DNA of 64,000 nt, from positions 2,513,361 through 2,577,360 of the forward strand of contig CM074805.1 of NCBI GenBank assembly GCA_037447605.1, in the 5' to 3' direction. The stretch is from Zygnema circumcarinatum SAG 698-1b (lineage: Eukaryota > Plantae > Zygnematophyceae). A model generated the notes under the pieces. It made no database searches, was not told the DNA's origin, and saw only the letters and a program-made list of their open reading frames with translations. A program made the translations under genes and the position numbers. Each line of letters begins with the position of its first letter. Within the stretch, counting starts at the first letter, position 1. Shown in pieces: positions 26,616 through 39,244 of the stretch.

Positions 26616-29600
26616 ATGAAGCTTTTCATTGAAGTGGAGATCAATGCGGACGAGATACCCTTGGCGACGGAGCTCTTCCGCACTCTGAGGTGAGGCTTCG
26701 GTTTCGTATGGCCTCCCAGAAGCAAGCAAGAATGCGCAGGAGGCGTGCTTCTTCATGCCTCTTACGCAGAGAGAGTTTGAGTTTAGAGTTTGATTGCATG
26801 GTCATTTTCTCCACCCTTTTTTCATTTTTTCGCTAATTGCCGTGAGTTGTTTGAAGCCTGCACTTTCTTTAGTGAGAAAAGACTGAAATTCAGTACGTGC
26901 CTTTCACGCCTTTTGCGGAATTCCATGGGTTTAAAGCTTAAACATTATCTGCATAAAGAGTCGGTGACAGCTGTGGTAGCTTTCCTTACAGAGAAAGGTT
27001 GTGCAGATTTAGCTGTTACTTTCAATGGTTGTTGCTGTGCAAAAGCGTAGCAGATTGTGTTCAATGCATTTGCATTTCATTTCCCTTTGTTTCCTTTCGG
27101 CTCGGCGATAAAAGTTGTGGCAGCTATACTTGACTATTTTCCTGGATGAATTCCAGATTTTTGGTACGATGAATAGACGAAATATGAATGGTTCGTCGGA
27201 AATGTGTGACGCAATTATCTTGGCGTGTTTATTCCATCCTTTGCAGGACGCTGACAGATCATGTGAAGGCCAGAGATATTGGAAAGTTGTTTCACACACT
27301 TGTGTCGCGGCTTGAAGACTCGAGCCAGCTGGACTCGGTCGCAGTAGAGATTTCGACTTTGCTTTCTGAAGTTGGTAGCGGACCTTCAGCTGATGTGGTA
27401 ACTATTCTTCCGTTTCGATCCCTTCCTGTGCTATGAAACATTTGATCCACACAGGAAAAATTGCCCTCGTTCCCCGCAAAAGCTTTTGGCCGGTCACTGG
27501 GGAGAGAGTTGGAGAGATTTTGTTTATTACTTTCCTTGAGCCGTGATACACACTCGTGGTGAACGGAAGTGCTTGCATCTCGAAACAGCCATGTGGAGTT
27601 CGCATTTGGTGGCTGGGACCTGTATACAAAGAATTAAGCCTATTTTTCATTTTCTAATGTTTCTAGTACTTCTTCGCCAGGTTTTTGACGACTTCCTCAC
27701 AGCGTTTATGGCGGTGATATTTAACCGGGAGTTGGTTGTTCGCCAACAAAGTGTCGTCCCTTTCATGTACTTGTTACCAAGGTGTGTCTCACGGAGGCGA
27801 AATTCTGAACTTGTCTTTGTGAGTGCATGAAAATTCCCCAATCAGCGTAAATATGGCCTGGATTGACGAGCAACCATAGCACATATCTACCATGAATGAA
27901 CAGTCCGAAATAGTAATTGAAAGCCGGTTCCGTGAGGAGGACCATTCCTTCTCGAGACTGACATTTTGTCGTTATGCACTTAATCAAGCGAAGGATATCC
28001 ATTAGCTTTATGGGGTGTTTGGCACAATATGCAAACATGCTGTTGCTTTTGGAACTTCTCCTTGGGAACTTCTCCTTCGCAATGTTATTAGGCTCTTGAC
28101 GATCACTGATTAGAGAAGGTCGAGTAGATTGTGACATGCTGCTTAGGCTGGTGGGCTGCTCAGATTACCAGAAGTCCCTCGGACAAAAATGAGGGACGCT
28201 CTTATTCCTAAAGTAAGTGTCTCGAAGTCTGTAAGCACACTGGGCTGAGGGGAAAAGGGACCTTCGTCCCTGTCCATCTGTCTTCTCCATCTTGCATCCA
28301 GAAATGCAGTCCAGCAGTTCTTTCGGAAAGTTGGATGTTTCTCAGAAAACCATGAAACAATCTAGGTAACTCCTGTATCTCACTTTCTCTGACTGCAGGT
28401 ACTCAAACACCTCACTGTGAAACGACCGGTAGAGGCCAGTAGAATGGACTTTTTTGCACATGCCGAAGCTTTTGCTGCATTAGTGAACCTTGAATTCGTT
28501 TCTATAACAGGTGAGAGCCGCAAGTGTTGATTGATAAAACATAGTGGGTCGTATATCACTTTGTTGGGCTTCTTATACCTGATGAGATCTGAAATTGAGC
28601 TTACATCAGTTTCAAGGTGCAACGGTGTTTTGGCTGTGCGTGCACAAAGTCAAGTTATTGTAAAACATATTTTCCTGCGTTTCGCTTGAATAAGTAGCTG
28701 TGGTACGATTGAATACTGCTCCTTGTCCTTTGATGCGTCTTGTGCAATTGCTTCTGTTATTGTTGCCGTTGTTTCTAACTGCATTTACTTTGTTGACACG
28801 TGTGTGATGACAGAGCCTTGAAATTTTCTTTGTCCCATTTCCTTATATCAGTTTTCTGGAGATGGCATGGAACAGGTGCTGTGACGACCATCATCACTCT
28901 TCTTCGTAAACAGGAAAACCGATGCGCGGCGATCACAATGTTGGGGAAAACAGTTGAGCTCTGTTTGCAGCAGGTGCTTTCCCTCTTCAAGTTTTTTGCT
29001 ATTGACTTGTCTAAATACTCTCGTTCGGTTCAGTAGATGTTTTTATTTGATACGAAGCTTTCTGCTTTCGTTTTGTCTGGATTCTCATTGGTGATTGCGA
29101 AACGTTTGCGTTTAGTTCAGACTGAGGTGATTTCATCCAATTCTCAAAATATGAACTGAAACATGCTATTTACAGTTGCAGTTGGTCACTCACACCGTTT
29201 TGGTCATTAGCATTCTTTGGGCAAGTTTTCCCCCGAATACTCTGAATGCAAGGGGTAAATCACTGGCTTTGCATCAGTGGCTGCTGATAAAGCTGGCGGC
29301 TGGCTATGTTGGAGGGTTGCAGCTGACAGAAAAGTGCGATCCAGTAACTCTTGCTGAGCTTGGGGCCTCTTTACGTAACATCACAGAAGATGTCTTTCAG
29401 TGAGTGTACTGGTTTCGCCTGTCTTTCCTCTTCCCTCAGCCGTCTTTCGAAGTCTTGCTGTAATCGACAGTTTCCTTTCCTTCAAATTTGGAACTTGGGG
29501 GTCTGTTGTTGACCTGTTACTTTCTCCAGTATTCGCAATTGTGACTTGCAGTGGTTCTGGGTGGCTGGTGTAGGTATGATATAAATTACATTGAAGATAG

Positions 29601-32600
29601 CATGGGTTGGAGCAGACCTCTTTCTGGAGTAGGGCCATTGGATCAGGGTGGGGCAGAGGTTAAACAGTCACTTCCGGACTCTTTGACTGGGTCCTCTCCA
29701 GGTAACTTAAGAATCCTATTCCGTTAGTGAAATGAATCACAGTCTCGTAGTTCAATTGGTTGCAACTTGACCTAACATGAGAGATATTGCCCTCTGATGG
29801 TTCTTATTACGCAAATGTTTATGGCATGCTTCATCTGTAGGGGTGGAGACACTAGAGCATATGGCTTTCTCGACATTGAAAAAGAAGGCAGTTTTGCTGA
29901 AAAGATTAGTGTCCAAAGTGGTGGAAGTGTATGCGGATTGAAATGAAAATGAACTCACAACTAGCAAGTGGGTACTTGTGTACATTTTTTCTAAACATGG
30001 ATTGGTGTGTGTGTTTTAGCAGTAAGCAAGCCTTGCATATTTGCTCAGGAACCGGTCGTGAAGTTTCTTGCTTATCTACAATTGCAGAAGTCTGGAAAGG
30101 TGTTGGTTTGTTGATTCCGAGCGAACGTCAAATTTCACCTCCAGTACTTGCTAAAGAAATTTTTGGTTGCTTGCTGTAGGAATTCAATAGGCTTCTAAGG
30201 TAGTAGGTCAAATCCTGAGTGGTTAGTGAGTCAGTATGGTCGATCAACATTATGAGGTTTTCCTTGCCAGTTAATCAGCTTCAGATGTGCCAGATTGATT
30301 TAATCAGGTCTATGTGGTGGATGTCGTGGAATTGAATAGGGCGGAAAGTTGGAACTGAAAATGGTTTGCCGATCTGATAAATCTTCAGCTCCGTGATGCC
30401 GTTTGAACTAATCTAGTCGTTATTTGTGGTGTTCTATTGTTCACTCACTCCAGTTTTTCGGTTCAATTCTCCTGTCTTCTTGTCTCTGCATCCTGCGCGT
30501 ATTCCAACATTTCATTTTCCCAGTGCATGCTCATAGGTGATATGAAAACCATGTAGGGCCTTTCCTTGACTGATGTCACTGTCAACTACTCATTATGCAT
30601 TAGTACTTTGTCAAGTATCACTGTGGCCCTGACCATTGTTTGCTTGGAGACTGCTGCAGGTTTGCGAGCTGTCGAATCCTACTTAGGACATCGAAATACC
30701 ATTTTTGCTATGTCGTATGGTGAGAATGCGAAGCAGTTGTTACCTGACTGCTCTATTGTTTTCAACTTGACAGTGGGTAGTAGTAGTACAGCATGCCCGG
30801 GGTGAGATAATCACTGCTGCTGAATGCTGCTGACCGTTGCTGTGCGGCATGGCAGACGAGTCACGTGGGCGCCTTGTGAGTGGCGGCAAAGATGGTACTT
30901 TGGTTGTTTGGGGACCTGATGGCCAGGTAATCTTCCAGATGCTTTTAACTGTTTCTCCTCCCTTCTAGCCTGCAGAAGTATGCAGGTTGCTGTTGCTTGT
31001 ACCCTCGATGAAAGAGCGTTTAAATTTATAATTGGACAATCTATTTTTCTCACTTCTTTTTTTCAATAATTCTTGCAATTCTTTTTTTTTTTTTGGTCTT
31101 CAATGTCTCAAGAGACAAAGTACTGCAGACCAAAAGTAAGTCCAGAAGATCGAGATTGAGAAAGCAAGTACAAAAATAATCATTACTCGATCTGATTTAA
31201 ACGCACTGGGTTTTCAATTTCACTTGAAAACACAAGCCAAGTTGAAACCAATCTCATGAATTTTTAAGGAACGGTCTTCATTCTGTCCAATCAAGTGAAC
31301 CAATGCGCCTGTTCAAATTTCAACCGTGATGAGTGGGAGTTCAGCATTTTTCAAAACCCAAGGTCATAGGATTTTTGTAGTGGTCCCTTCCTCTGTAACC
31401 TGCTTGGCAGTCTTTAGCGTAGCGACCCACGATGCAGGGCTCGCCTTGCGTTCTATTGGACATTTTTTGCAGCGCTTCTTCGGGTTGAGTGACTTGATGG
31501 CCAAGAACACGAATTGTGGCAGTTGTGTACTTTTCTAAAGAGCACCAGATTTGGATTGTTGACTTTGGTGTCACAGTGGAAGCCGGAAAGCAATTCGAAA
31601 TGGGTGTGACTGGAGGATGATGCAGGTTGCTGAGACGGTAGACATGCAGCGACATTATGCATGTTCTATGGATATTCATCCCAATCATCACACACTTCTC
31701 GTTTGTGGTGTAGCAAAGGTGAACTGCCACTTTCTCCTCTCTTCTGATGTCTGAGGATTTTGGTACCATGAGAAGTACTGTCACGCGTAATCATTTCAGA
31801 TGTGAATCCGTGAGGTGATTCATGAATTCGCTATCATGTTCGGTCTATGAAAAAATTATTTCAGGCGTAAAGGCTTCACTATGCAAATACCAATGTTGGA
31901 CCAAATGTGATGTAGGAATGTAGTTCAGATATAGCCAGTTTCCCTTCCGATGATTCTCTCAACCAGTCCAGGAGGCTTAAATTGACGATAACCTTGCTGA
32001 AGCAGGACGTTTTCAAAGTGTTTTTTTATTGGGTGGGTTTTGGAGGTCCAAGTGGTAATATCAACTCATTGTATTGGGATTGCAATGGCAAGTACGATAA
32101 ACTAAAAGCTGTTGCTGTTTGGCATCTCTAGGCATCAACTTGGAATGCATTTGGAGTGATGGTTGGGGTGGGGTAGCGGCTGCTTTTTCAGGAAGATGCA
32201 GTCCTTGTAGGCCCTGGACGGGTAGGGAGCCTCCCTCCACCATCTGTGCTCTGCTATGCGCCGGTAGGCCATGGCTGGAAGGAGCAGGGCTGTGTGGCCA
32301 AAGAATCCTCCAAGCTGGTCTCCTGTATCAAGGTGCGAAACGAACGGCATTCCGCTTTCGGAGAGCAGATTGAACATGGCTGAGACCAACATCTTGTTGT
32401 GATTCACGGAAATATAGAAGCACGTGGGATTGAAAGTTCAGAAGGTCTGAGCACCAGCAAGATGATTGCAATTTACAGAGTCTTGAGCTGTCAGGGTCTC
32501 TGATCTCTACCATTGACGCTGAATGTTTATATCTTTTGGAGATAGTAGTACGAATTATGAGATTCGTTTGTTCAAACAATGGCTAGAGCCATTTTGCAGC

Positions 32601-34423
32601 AAAGACCTATACCATCTATGATTTGTATGTTTACTTTTCCGATGGCAAGATGTAAATGGTTGACTCTGAAGTTTTCTTTTCAGTCCTTTAGCATCTCGTA
32701 CACTGAGGTTACTCCTTGTGCTGAGCAGGCGATGGGTCAAGGCTCTGAACATGCGTTTGTGACTGGAGAGACCATCCACACTGCTAGTGGTGACGGGTGA
32801 GTTATAAAACTCCACTTAAAAGTGATTCAATGTATGCCTGTCAAGGCCTCGGTTGATGCACCCTTTAAACTCAAGTTGTTAACGAGTATTTCGCTCCCAC
32901 TTGATTGCAGCATCCTTCAACAGACGTACCATTAAGGCTAGAATCTCGCAAAATTACCATGTCTTTTGCATTTTTATCTCACAAACTGCTGCACCACTTC
33001 ATCCACAGTCTGTTTCAAGGTCTTTTTGTGCATTCATGTGCTTTCATGTGCATCTTTGGATGCAATGAGCAATTTCTACTGAATAGTGGAGTTCTATGCT
33101 TCCCTTTACCTGCAGAGAGGTGTTGATGGCGCCTTATATAAGGATTTTGTTCTCCTTTTGCTGTCGACGTCAACCAACAGTCTCTCCATGCTGAGCCGAG
33201 GGTGTCTGGGCAGAGGGGCCCAGCGATTGGATGAGCGCCTCTGCTACTACGACATCTTGTCTGCGAGCAACTTTGCTAACCTGCAACCGCTACGGCAATA
33301 TGCTGAACATGAGGTATGTCTGCAGGTGTTCCTTCAGAGGTCCTTTCATTACTGCTTTTGGACCGATACGTGTTGTAGAAAGACATAGACCATGCAGAAA
33401 ATCTTCAGATTCTCACCAGTTCTCCGCATGACTCCTGCGATAGCGTTGCCTCTTCTGCTGCAGGATCTCATCACATGCGTAGCTCTCTTCCCTCCAAATC
33501 CGAACATTTTCATGTCTGGCTCAAGAGACTGCACTGTCAGAGTGTGGGATCGGCGTACTCCATCTTCAGTAGGCAAGCACAATCTTTCCACTATATTGCC
33601 GATTGAGCACTTGTTTGGAAGCAGAAACAGATTTCCATGATTTGTGTTTTAGACTTGAGGAAATATATATTTGGAGCCCAGGATGTGGCTTCTGCAGGAT
33701 GTCCTTTGCAAAGTGCAGGTGTCCATGACGTTATTGTATTGCTCTATTGCTGTGCCTACTCCTGAAGAAGGATTTTTTCTGAAGTTGAGCCTGTTTGAGC
33801 ATGGCAGGTATGTTTGGAACTGTCACAAAGACTGGGCGAGTGCAGGCCCATGATGGCATGATCACATGTTTGGATGCCAATGACAGCGGAGCCATTCTGT
33901 CTGCGGGAATGGATACTCGCGTGCTGCGTTGGGACTTCCGCACACTTTCCACTCCGGTAAATGAACAAAATCACAACATTTGCCAAAAAACATATCCGAG
34001 GAGGATTTTTCACTACTGTCAAACTGCATAGAAATGCGCAAAATGTGTCAATGATGATTTTCACCCCTTTCTAGTTCACAAGCAGGTAACAAAACCGTAA
34101 TTCAAGCAAAACCGCAACTAATACATTCGACTTAGTCTTGCCTATGCCAGGGAGGCAGCAGTCCTCTGTCCACCCTCCAATTGGACGACAGCGCTGTGCT
34201 CAAAGTGGCCTTGGGGGGTGGCCCTAGCGCCGCCGCTGTGAGCACCCTGCGCGGCCTCTACATGGTGGACCTATCGGGGCCGCGGCCCCTCGCCCGGCCC
34301 GCGGACGTGTTCAAGGACGGGCGCAGAATAGGGCGCTACCACGACCTCAAGTGGGCGCACTCGAGGAAGACGCTCTTCGCCGCGGGAGACGACATGCGCG
34401 TGGACGTCTATGCGTGCAATTGA
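26616..34423 (+). CDS. WD40-repeat protein with an N-terminal helical (MIF4G-like) domain
   Basis: Exon 1 (26616-26689) encodes MKLFIEVEINADEIPLATELFRTLR. In-frame GT-AG exons follow near 27247, 27682, 28165, 28399, 28878, 29323 and 29576. WD motifs: GHRNTIFAM..GKDGTLVVWG (~30690-30927), HEDLITCVAL..FMSGSRDCTVRVWDRR (33313-33572), AHDGMITCL..SAGMDTRVLRWDFR (33808-33955) and TLFAAGDDMRVDVYACN* (34423). Confidence 0.88.
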
Positions 34424-35506
34424 CCCCTGCGCTGCCTGCCGCTCACTATTGGGGGTGTAGAAATAAAGCCCATTCGTGCCCAGAAAGGAGGCAGTCTGAA
34501 GGAGCTCGCTGCAAGGTCAATAAGGGCATGCAATGGGGCAGTGCAGTGCTTGCGCCCTGCACTATGTGGGAAGAATATTGTACGTCCTCTCACAACAGGG
34601 AGTCTCTGAGGCTTAATTGGTTTTCTCCACGTCACAGGCTCCACATGTGTGTGTGTGTTCCACTTGGCCAATGATTGTACCATGTCTTGACGTGGAGTGA
34701 TGACGAAACTTGCGGGCTCTCCAGAGTCGGAGCCAATCCTTCATCGTGTATTCATCAACAGAAGCGGATCGAAGATTTCAGTTTAGGGGGGGGCTGACCA
34801 ATGAATTGGGAAAAAAAAAAAAAAAAAAAAATCTGACATTCGAGTGTATTTTTGCTATTCAACTTTCAAAGGCGATCAGCTTTTCAAAATCTGATGGGCG
34901 GGTAAGGCCCCAAACGCAACCGTGGCGAAGCCACTGGTCATCAATGAAATAGTCTTCAGAAGGTCAATGTTGTATCTACGTCTGTGTTTAATTTCATCAG
35001 GCTCGTTCCAAACTGACTCGGACTTCAAACCGGTGTGCCCCACAAACAGCGTTGAACTCTGCCTGCCGTACGCGCTTTCAAGGCGCCGTTAAACTATGTG
35101 TGTTTCGTATGTCTACAGTTGGCTCGGTCTCTAGCCTCAAGGATTTGACAGATGAAGTGCGGCCAAAAGTGGGGAAGAGGAGGAAACCACAGGAGAAAAG
35201 AGGGTAGGAGATACAGAACGGACTGCAGGAGGACAAACGGTAAGAAGGGAAAATGAGGGGAGAGAGAGAGAGGGAGGGAAGGGCTGATGCAGAGCGATCG
35301 CGGAAACTGTAGACATAGATGCAAAATGAACAAAGACGCGTACAAGGAAGTCGTTTTTGCTTGAACTTACTAACTTAAAGCTCATGGTTACTACAACTTG
35401 GAGACTTAAAAAGCCTACGCACGTCTGCAACAGTCACAACTCGTCCTCAATCTTATTAGGAAGATCAGATAGGCGACCATCTATTAATAAAGTGAATGCG
35501 AACTCT

Positions 35507-35552
35507 GAACCCTTAAACCCCTAAACCCCTGAAACCCTAAAACCTAACCTAG
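35507..35552. repeat. Degenerate telomere-like (CCCTAAA/TTTAGGG) array overlapping the putative CDT1 stop codon
   Basis: GAACCCTTAAACCCCTAAACCCCTGAAACCCTAAAACCTAACCTAG, about 5-6 degenerate units. Confidence 0.6.
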
Positions 35553-38506
35553 ACCTGCCTTGACAGTACTCACTAAGCGTTTCCGAATGGAGACAGCATT
35601 AGCGCCTCCCTGTAACCTGCATCAAAACAGCAAAAAGACATTGTCAATATTCATCATCCATGGGGAATCATAAGATGACTCTTGATGCTCAGAACAATTT
35701 AAAGTTTTTTTTCTTTGAGAAGTGAGTCAGCACCTGTAGAGAAGGTCACCCTTCAAAGATGGCTTCACAAGGATGAGATCCGGTGCAAGCTCCAATAGGA
35801 GGTCCAGCTGTGCTTCTACCTCATCTGCAAACACCAAAAAGAAACAAACAAAAGAAAAACAATATGAAACTCCAATCATTCTCCACTACGGTAACGTATT
35901 CAACAAGTTGAACCTCGAGTCACTTTCCGACCCACTGACCGACCCAAAGATTCAAAAGTTCAAGGTTTGAATGTCAGGTACCTCGATCAGTCAGCTTCGT
36001 ATGTGTGGCGAGAAGGCGCTGAACTAATTCGTGGTGTGACATAACTGCTTTCCCGAGACCCAAAAAAGTTGTCCTTATCATATCCAGAAGGTAAGGGAGG
36101 CCGGCCACTCGCTTCCTTCGAATCCGTTGGGACTGCACTGCAGCTGAGTTTTCATGCGCTATACGCACTTCACTCCGTTGAACCTGCAAATTTCAGCAAA
36201 GGGTCACATGGATACCTGCAAGCACACCGCAAGAACTTTGAAAATCCCCAAAAACTGACAATTATCATCTCTTTTTGAAGCCGCTTACCGACTGGAGGAG
36301 GTCTTTCGGAAGGCTTCGTAGTATCTTTGCATCGCTATCATCTCCATCCACGAGAGTGGAAGCGCTTTCATGGCTCCCTTGGACTGAACTAAAACGTTCC
36401 CCGTGAACTTTCCTTCCTATCTCGCCTCCTTCTTTCTCAGCCCCATTGCCCTGCCTGCCTGCGCATGATATCGATGTCTCTTCTTCGCAAGTAAACAAAC
36501 ACCTAGGTTTAACTCCCCCAAGAGTTTGGGCTTTTCCTTCACTAGCGGAAGTTGGTAATGCGTCGACAAAATCAAGATTCAACTTCCGCCGAGTAGCTCT
36601 AAATGGGGAAGCAGAATTAGGGATTGGCTTGTGATTTGGGCTTGCGGGAGCCTCTCCTTTTTTCGCTCTGCTTCCAGAGGATGGAGAAGCAGAAGTCATT
36701 GCAGATTTGGAAGGCGAGCAAAGGTAAGGAGCGGGAGTTTTTGGGGGGGACGCGAGAAAGCAGTGGCTGGTAATAGGGGGAGCTATTGGAAGTGCTGCTT
36801 GCGGGATGTCATCAGCCTGTCAGACAAAAGAGCGCGGCAATTTTTTTAGGAATAACTGCAGTTTCCTTAGCAGCCACTGATGTAACTTAATGACTAAATG
36901 CGTTATGACGACTTGAAAGAAGCCAATTTTAGTGCCCACCTCGGGAATCGTTGCTGCCATTTCCAGCAGTCGTGAACGGAATTCAGCTTTCCTTTTCAAC
37001 ATGAGCCCTTCGTCCCTTCCACGGCCGCTCGATAAGCCATCGCCGCTGTTCCCTTTGCCGCTGCCCTTTGGTCCATTGAGAGGGGTTGTGAGCTCCACTC
37101 TGAGTTCCCAATGGCTTGAGCAGTCTGCTGACGTTGCATCACGTGTGAGAACAGGCTCCAATTGGAGAATTTCCGGGTAAATGGCCTTCAACTGCGCCAG
37201 GTGTTGCCTTAAGAACCGTCTGCATAAGTCCAAGTTCAAGTCTACTATCAATGATTCGAAATGCCATAACTCAACCGGGCCTTCATTTAGTTTTTTGCAG
37301 ACATTAAAACAGAAATGCAGGAACCGATAAGGAAAATTCTGAACTTGACTGTTTGAATGTAAGGAACCCCACATAATTGAAAGGGGTAATTTGGTTAAGC
37401 CAGGGGGCTTTACCGGCCAGTCATCTCCTCCACCGGTTTACAGATGCTTTCAAATGTCGTCAGCTGCCGGCGGCTGCGCAGGAGAGCACAAGCCATCTCT
37501 ACCGCCCCATAGAGTATCTCAAGATGCATATACCTGTCAAAAAAAACAAACAGAAGGGAAGCAGAAGTCATATCAACGGTACAAAAAACTTTCGAAGGAA
37601 CACCTGCTGCTATGAAATGAAGCCTTGGAACTTCTGTTCTCTCTACTTCCTACAAGATGCAGACACTCACGATTGCGGAACCTCGTTCGACGCCTGCCGC
37701 TTCACCCTCCTTCCACTGTCCCCGGCAATTCCTTCAGACTCAACAAAGCTCCGCTTTGAAGATGTAGGCGTGCCAAGTTTCTCCTTCGTATAAATGAGGT
37801 CCACTCTCTCCTCTTTTTCCTTGCGACTGCTCTCTTCACCCTTCTCATCTAAAGTCGACGGAGATTCCAACATTGGAATGTTGACTGCTGCCGCAGCCGC
37901 CATGCGCGCCCCCCGGCTCTTGAATCTATGAGAATCCTCGCTTGTAACCTGAGCCCTATGCCAAGAAAAGGTCCTGCCATGGCTTCCCCCTTCGCTGCTA
38001 AGCTTACGTCCATGGCTGCCATCACTTCCCTCACCAATTCCCTTCTGTTCTCCTTCCACTTCATCCTTCGCAGATTCTAATCTCCCTTGAAGATTTCTGG
38101 GATTAGGAGGGGAGAGGAGAGAGGGAGAGGAAGAAGCAGCCGCTGTGGGAGCAGAGGCCTCCTCATATACTAAGCTCCTCCTTAAAGTCTTCATGTCTTC
38201 GATACTACGCGGCTGCTCCTCAAGCTGCCAGCTCACACGCTTTCTCACTGCAGGCTCCTCTGTTTTCGCCCTTCTTTTCTGAGCGGGTCTTGGCCCTGAA
38301 AATGCTTCATCCTGTGCGCCGGCATTCGACAAATCCAACTCATCTTTTTCAGATTGCGGGGACGGGTCCCCCAAGTTTGAAAAGGGAGAGTTCGAAGAGC
38401 CCACGAGCAGCTCGCCACGTGGCCTCGCAGCATTTGCCCCCTTCAGAACGCGCCTCCTCTTGACAGCTGGCAGGAAATCGGTCATGGCTGGCTGCTTGCT
38501 CGCCAT
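35544..38506 (-). CDS. CDT1: DNA replication licensing factor CDT1
   Basis: Exons 38506-37672, 37533-37414, 37219-36940, 36816-36289, 36183-35982, 35824-35734 and 35616-35544 splice in frame. CDT1 domain: TTFESICKPVEEMTGRRFLRQHLAQLKAIYPE..FRSRLLE. MCM-binding C-terminus: LPYLLDMIRTTF..HELVQRL..DEVEAQLDLLLELAPD..IRKRL. An alternative donor after IRKRL could add one more small exon (~35140-35094). Confidence 0.93.
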
Positions 38507-38776
38507 GGCGGATCCCAACAGTGGTCGGGAGGCTGCTCCGCTAATGCTGCTGCTGCATCACACGGACAGAGAGAAGGGTCGAGGGGGTAAGCGCGCCCCC
38601 GCGAGCGAGAGGGAGAGAGTGGGAGAGAGAGGGAGAGAGAGGAAAAGAGGGAGAGGGGGAGGGGCGGGCGCGCGAGAGAGAGAGCCGTTCGGAGGGACGG
38701 TGCAGGAATTTTCTGCGCTGCCCGCGGAAGCAAAATTTTTCTGTCGCCAAATGGGGGAACGAACGCCAGCGGCCCC

Positions 38777-38790
38777 GTGCCACGTGGCAC
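38777..38790. promoter_or_regulatory. Perfect 14-bp G-box palindrome GTGCCACGTGGCAC upstream of CDT1
   Basis: Directly visible, about 270 bp upstream of the CDT1 ATG. Confidence 0.4.
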
Positions 38791-39204
38791 CCTCTCCGTC
38801 CCCGGGTCCCAAGATACGCAGGAACGGACAGATCCGTGACGCCATCTGCCGTAGGCGTCCGTACGTTTCGGACCATACGGCTGCCGCCGACAGCGGACGG
38901 AGCGGAGGAGGTCGTCGTTTCCGAACCACATTTGTCGTATAGTCCAACCGAAGCCGTTGTCGGCGTCGTGCCGTCGTCCTGCGAGTGACGTACAGTTCGT
39001 ACTTTTCGTACAGTTCGTGACGGACGCGCCGCACCGACACGGCCTGCGTGCCTGCCTGCCTGCCTGCCTGCGAGAGCGAGGGGAAAGGTAAGAAGAAAGG
39101 GCGCATCGCCAGGCATCCGTAAATAAGGTAGTTACCGTAAATATCGTAAATAGCTTATTTATGGGTCAGTTTTTTTTCCTTCGTGGTTCCACATTTTGCC
39201 TTTA

Positions 39205-39244
39205 TCCATGTACATTTGATGGCCTCGCCATCGCGAGTTCAATG
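39205..39244. repeat. Dispersed 40-bp repeat, copy 1 (copy 2 at 55727-55766)
   Basis: TCCATGTACATTTGATGGCCTCGCCATCGcGAGtTCAATG. 38/40 identical to the second copy, including a 29-bp exact run, with an internal hairpin GATGGC-CTC-GCCATC. Confidence 0.9.

Noticed and set aside
34698-34797. GTGATGA...CTGA spaced like a C/D box snoRNA
   Set aside because: The terminal stem is only 3 bp and there is no recognisable rRNA or snRNA antisense element.
38690-38760. Possible E2F sites upstream of CDT1 (TTTGGCGA, TTCCGCGG on the minus strand)
   Set aside because: Only imperfect matches to TTTSSCGS, in GC-rich DNA.
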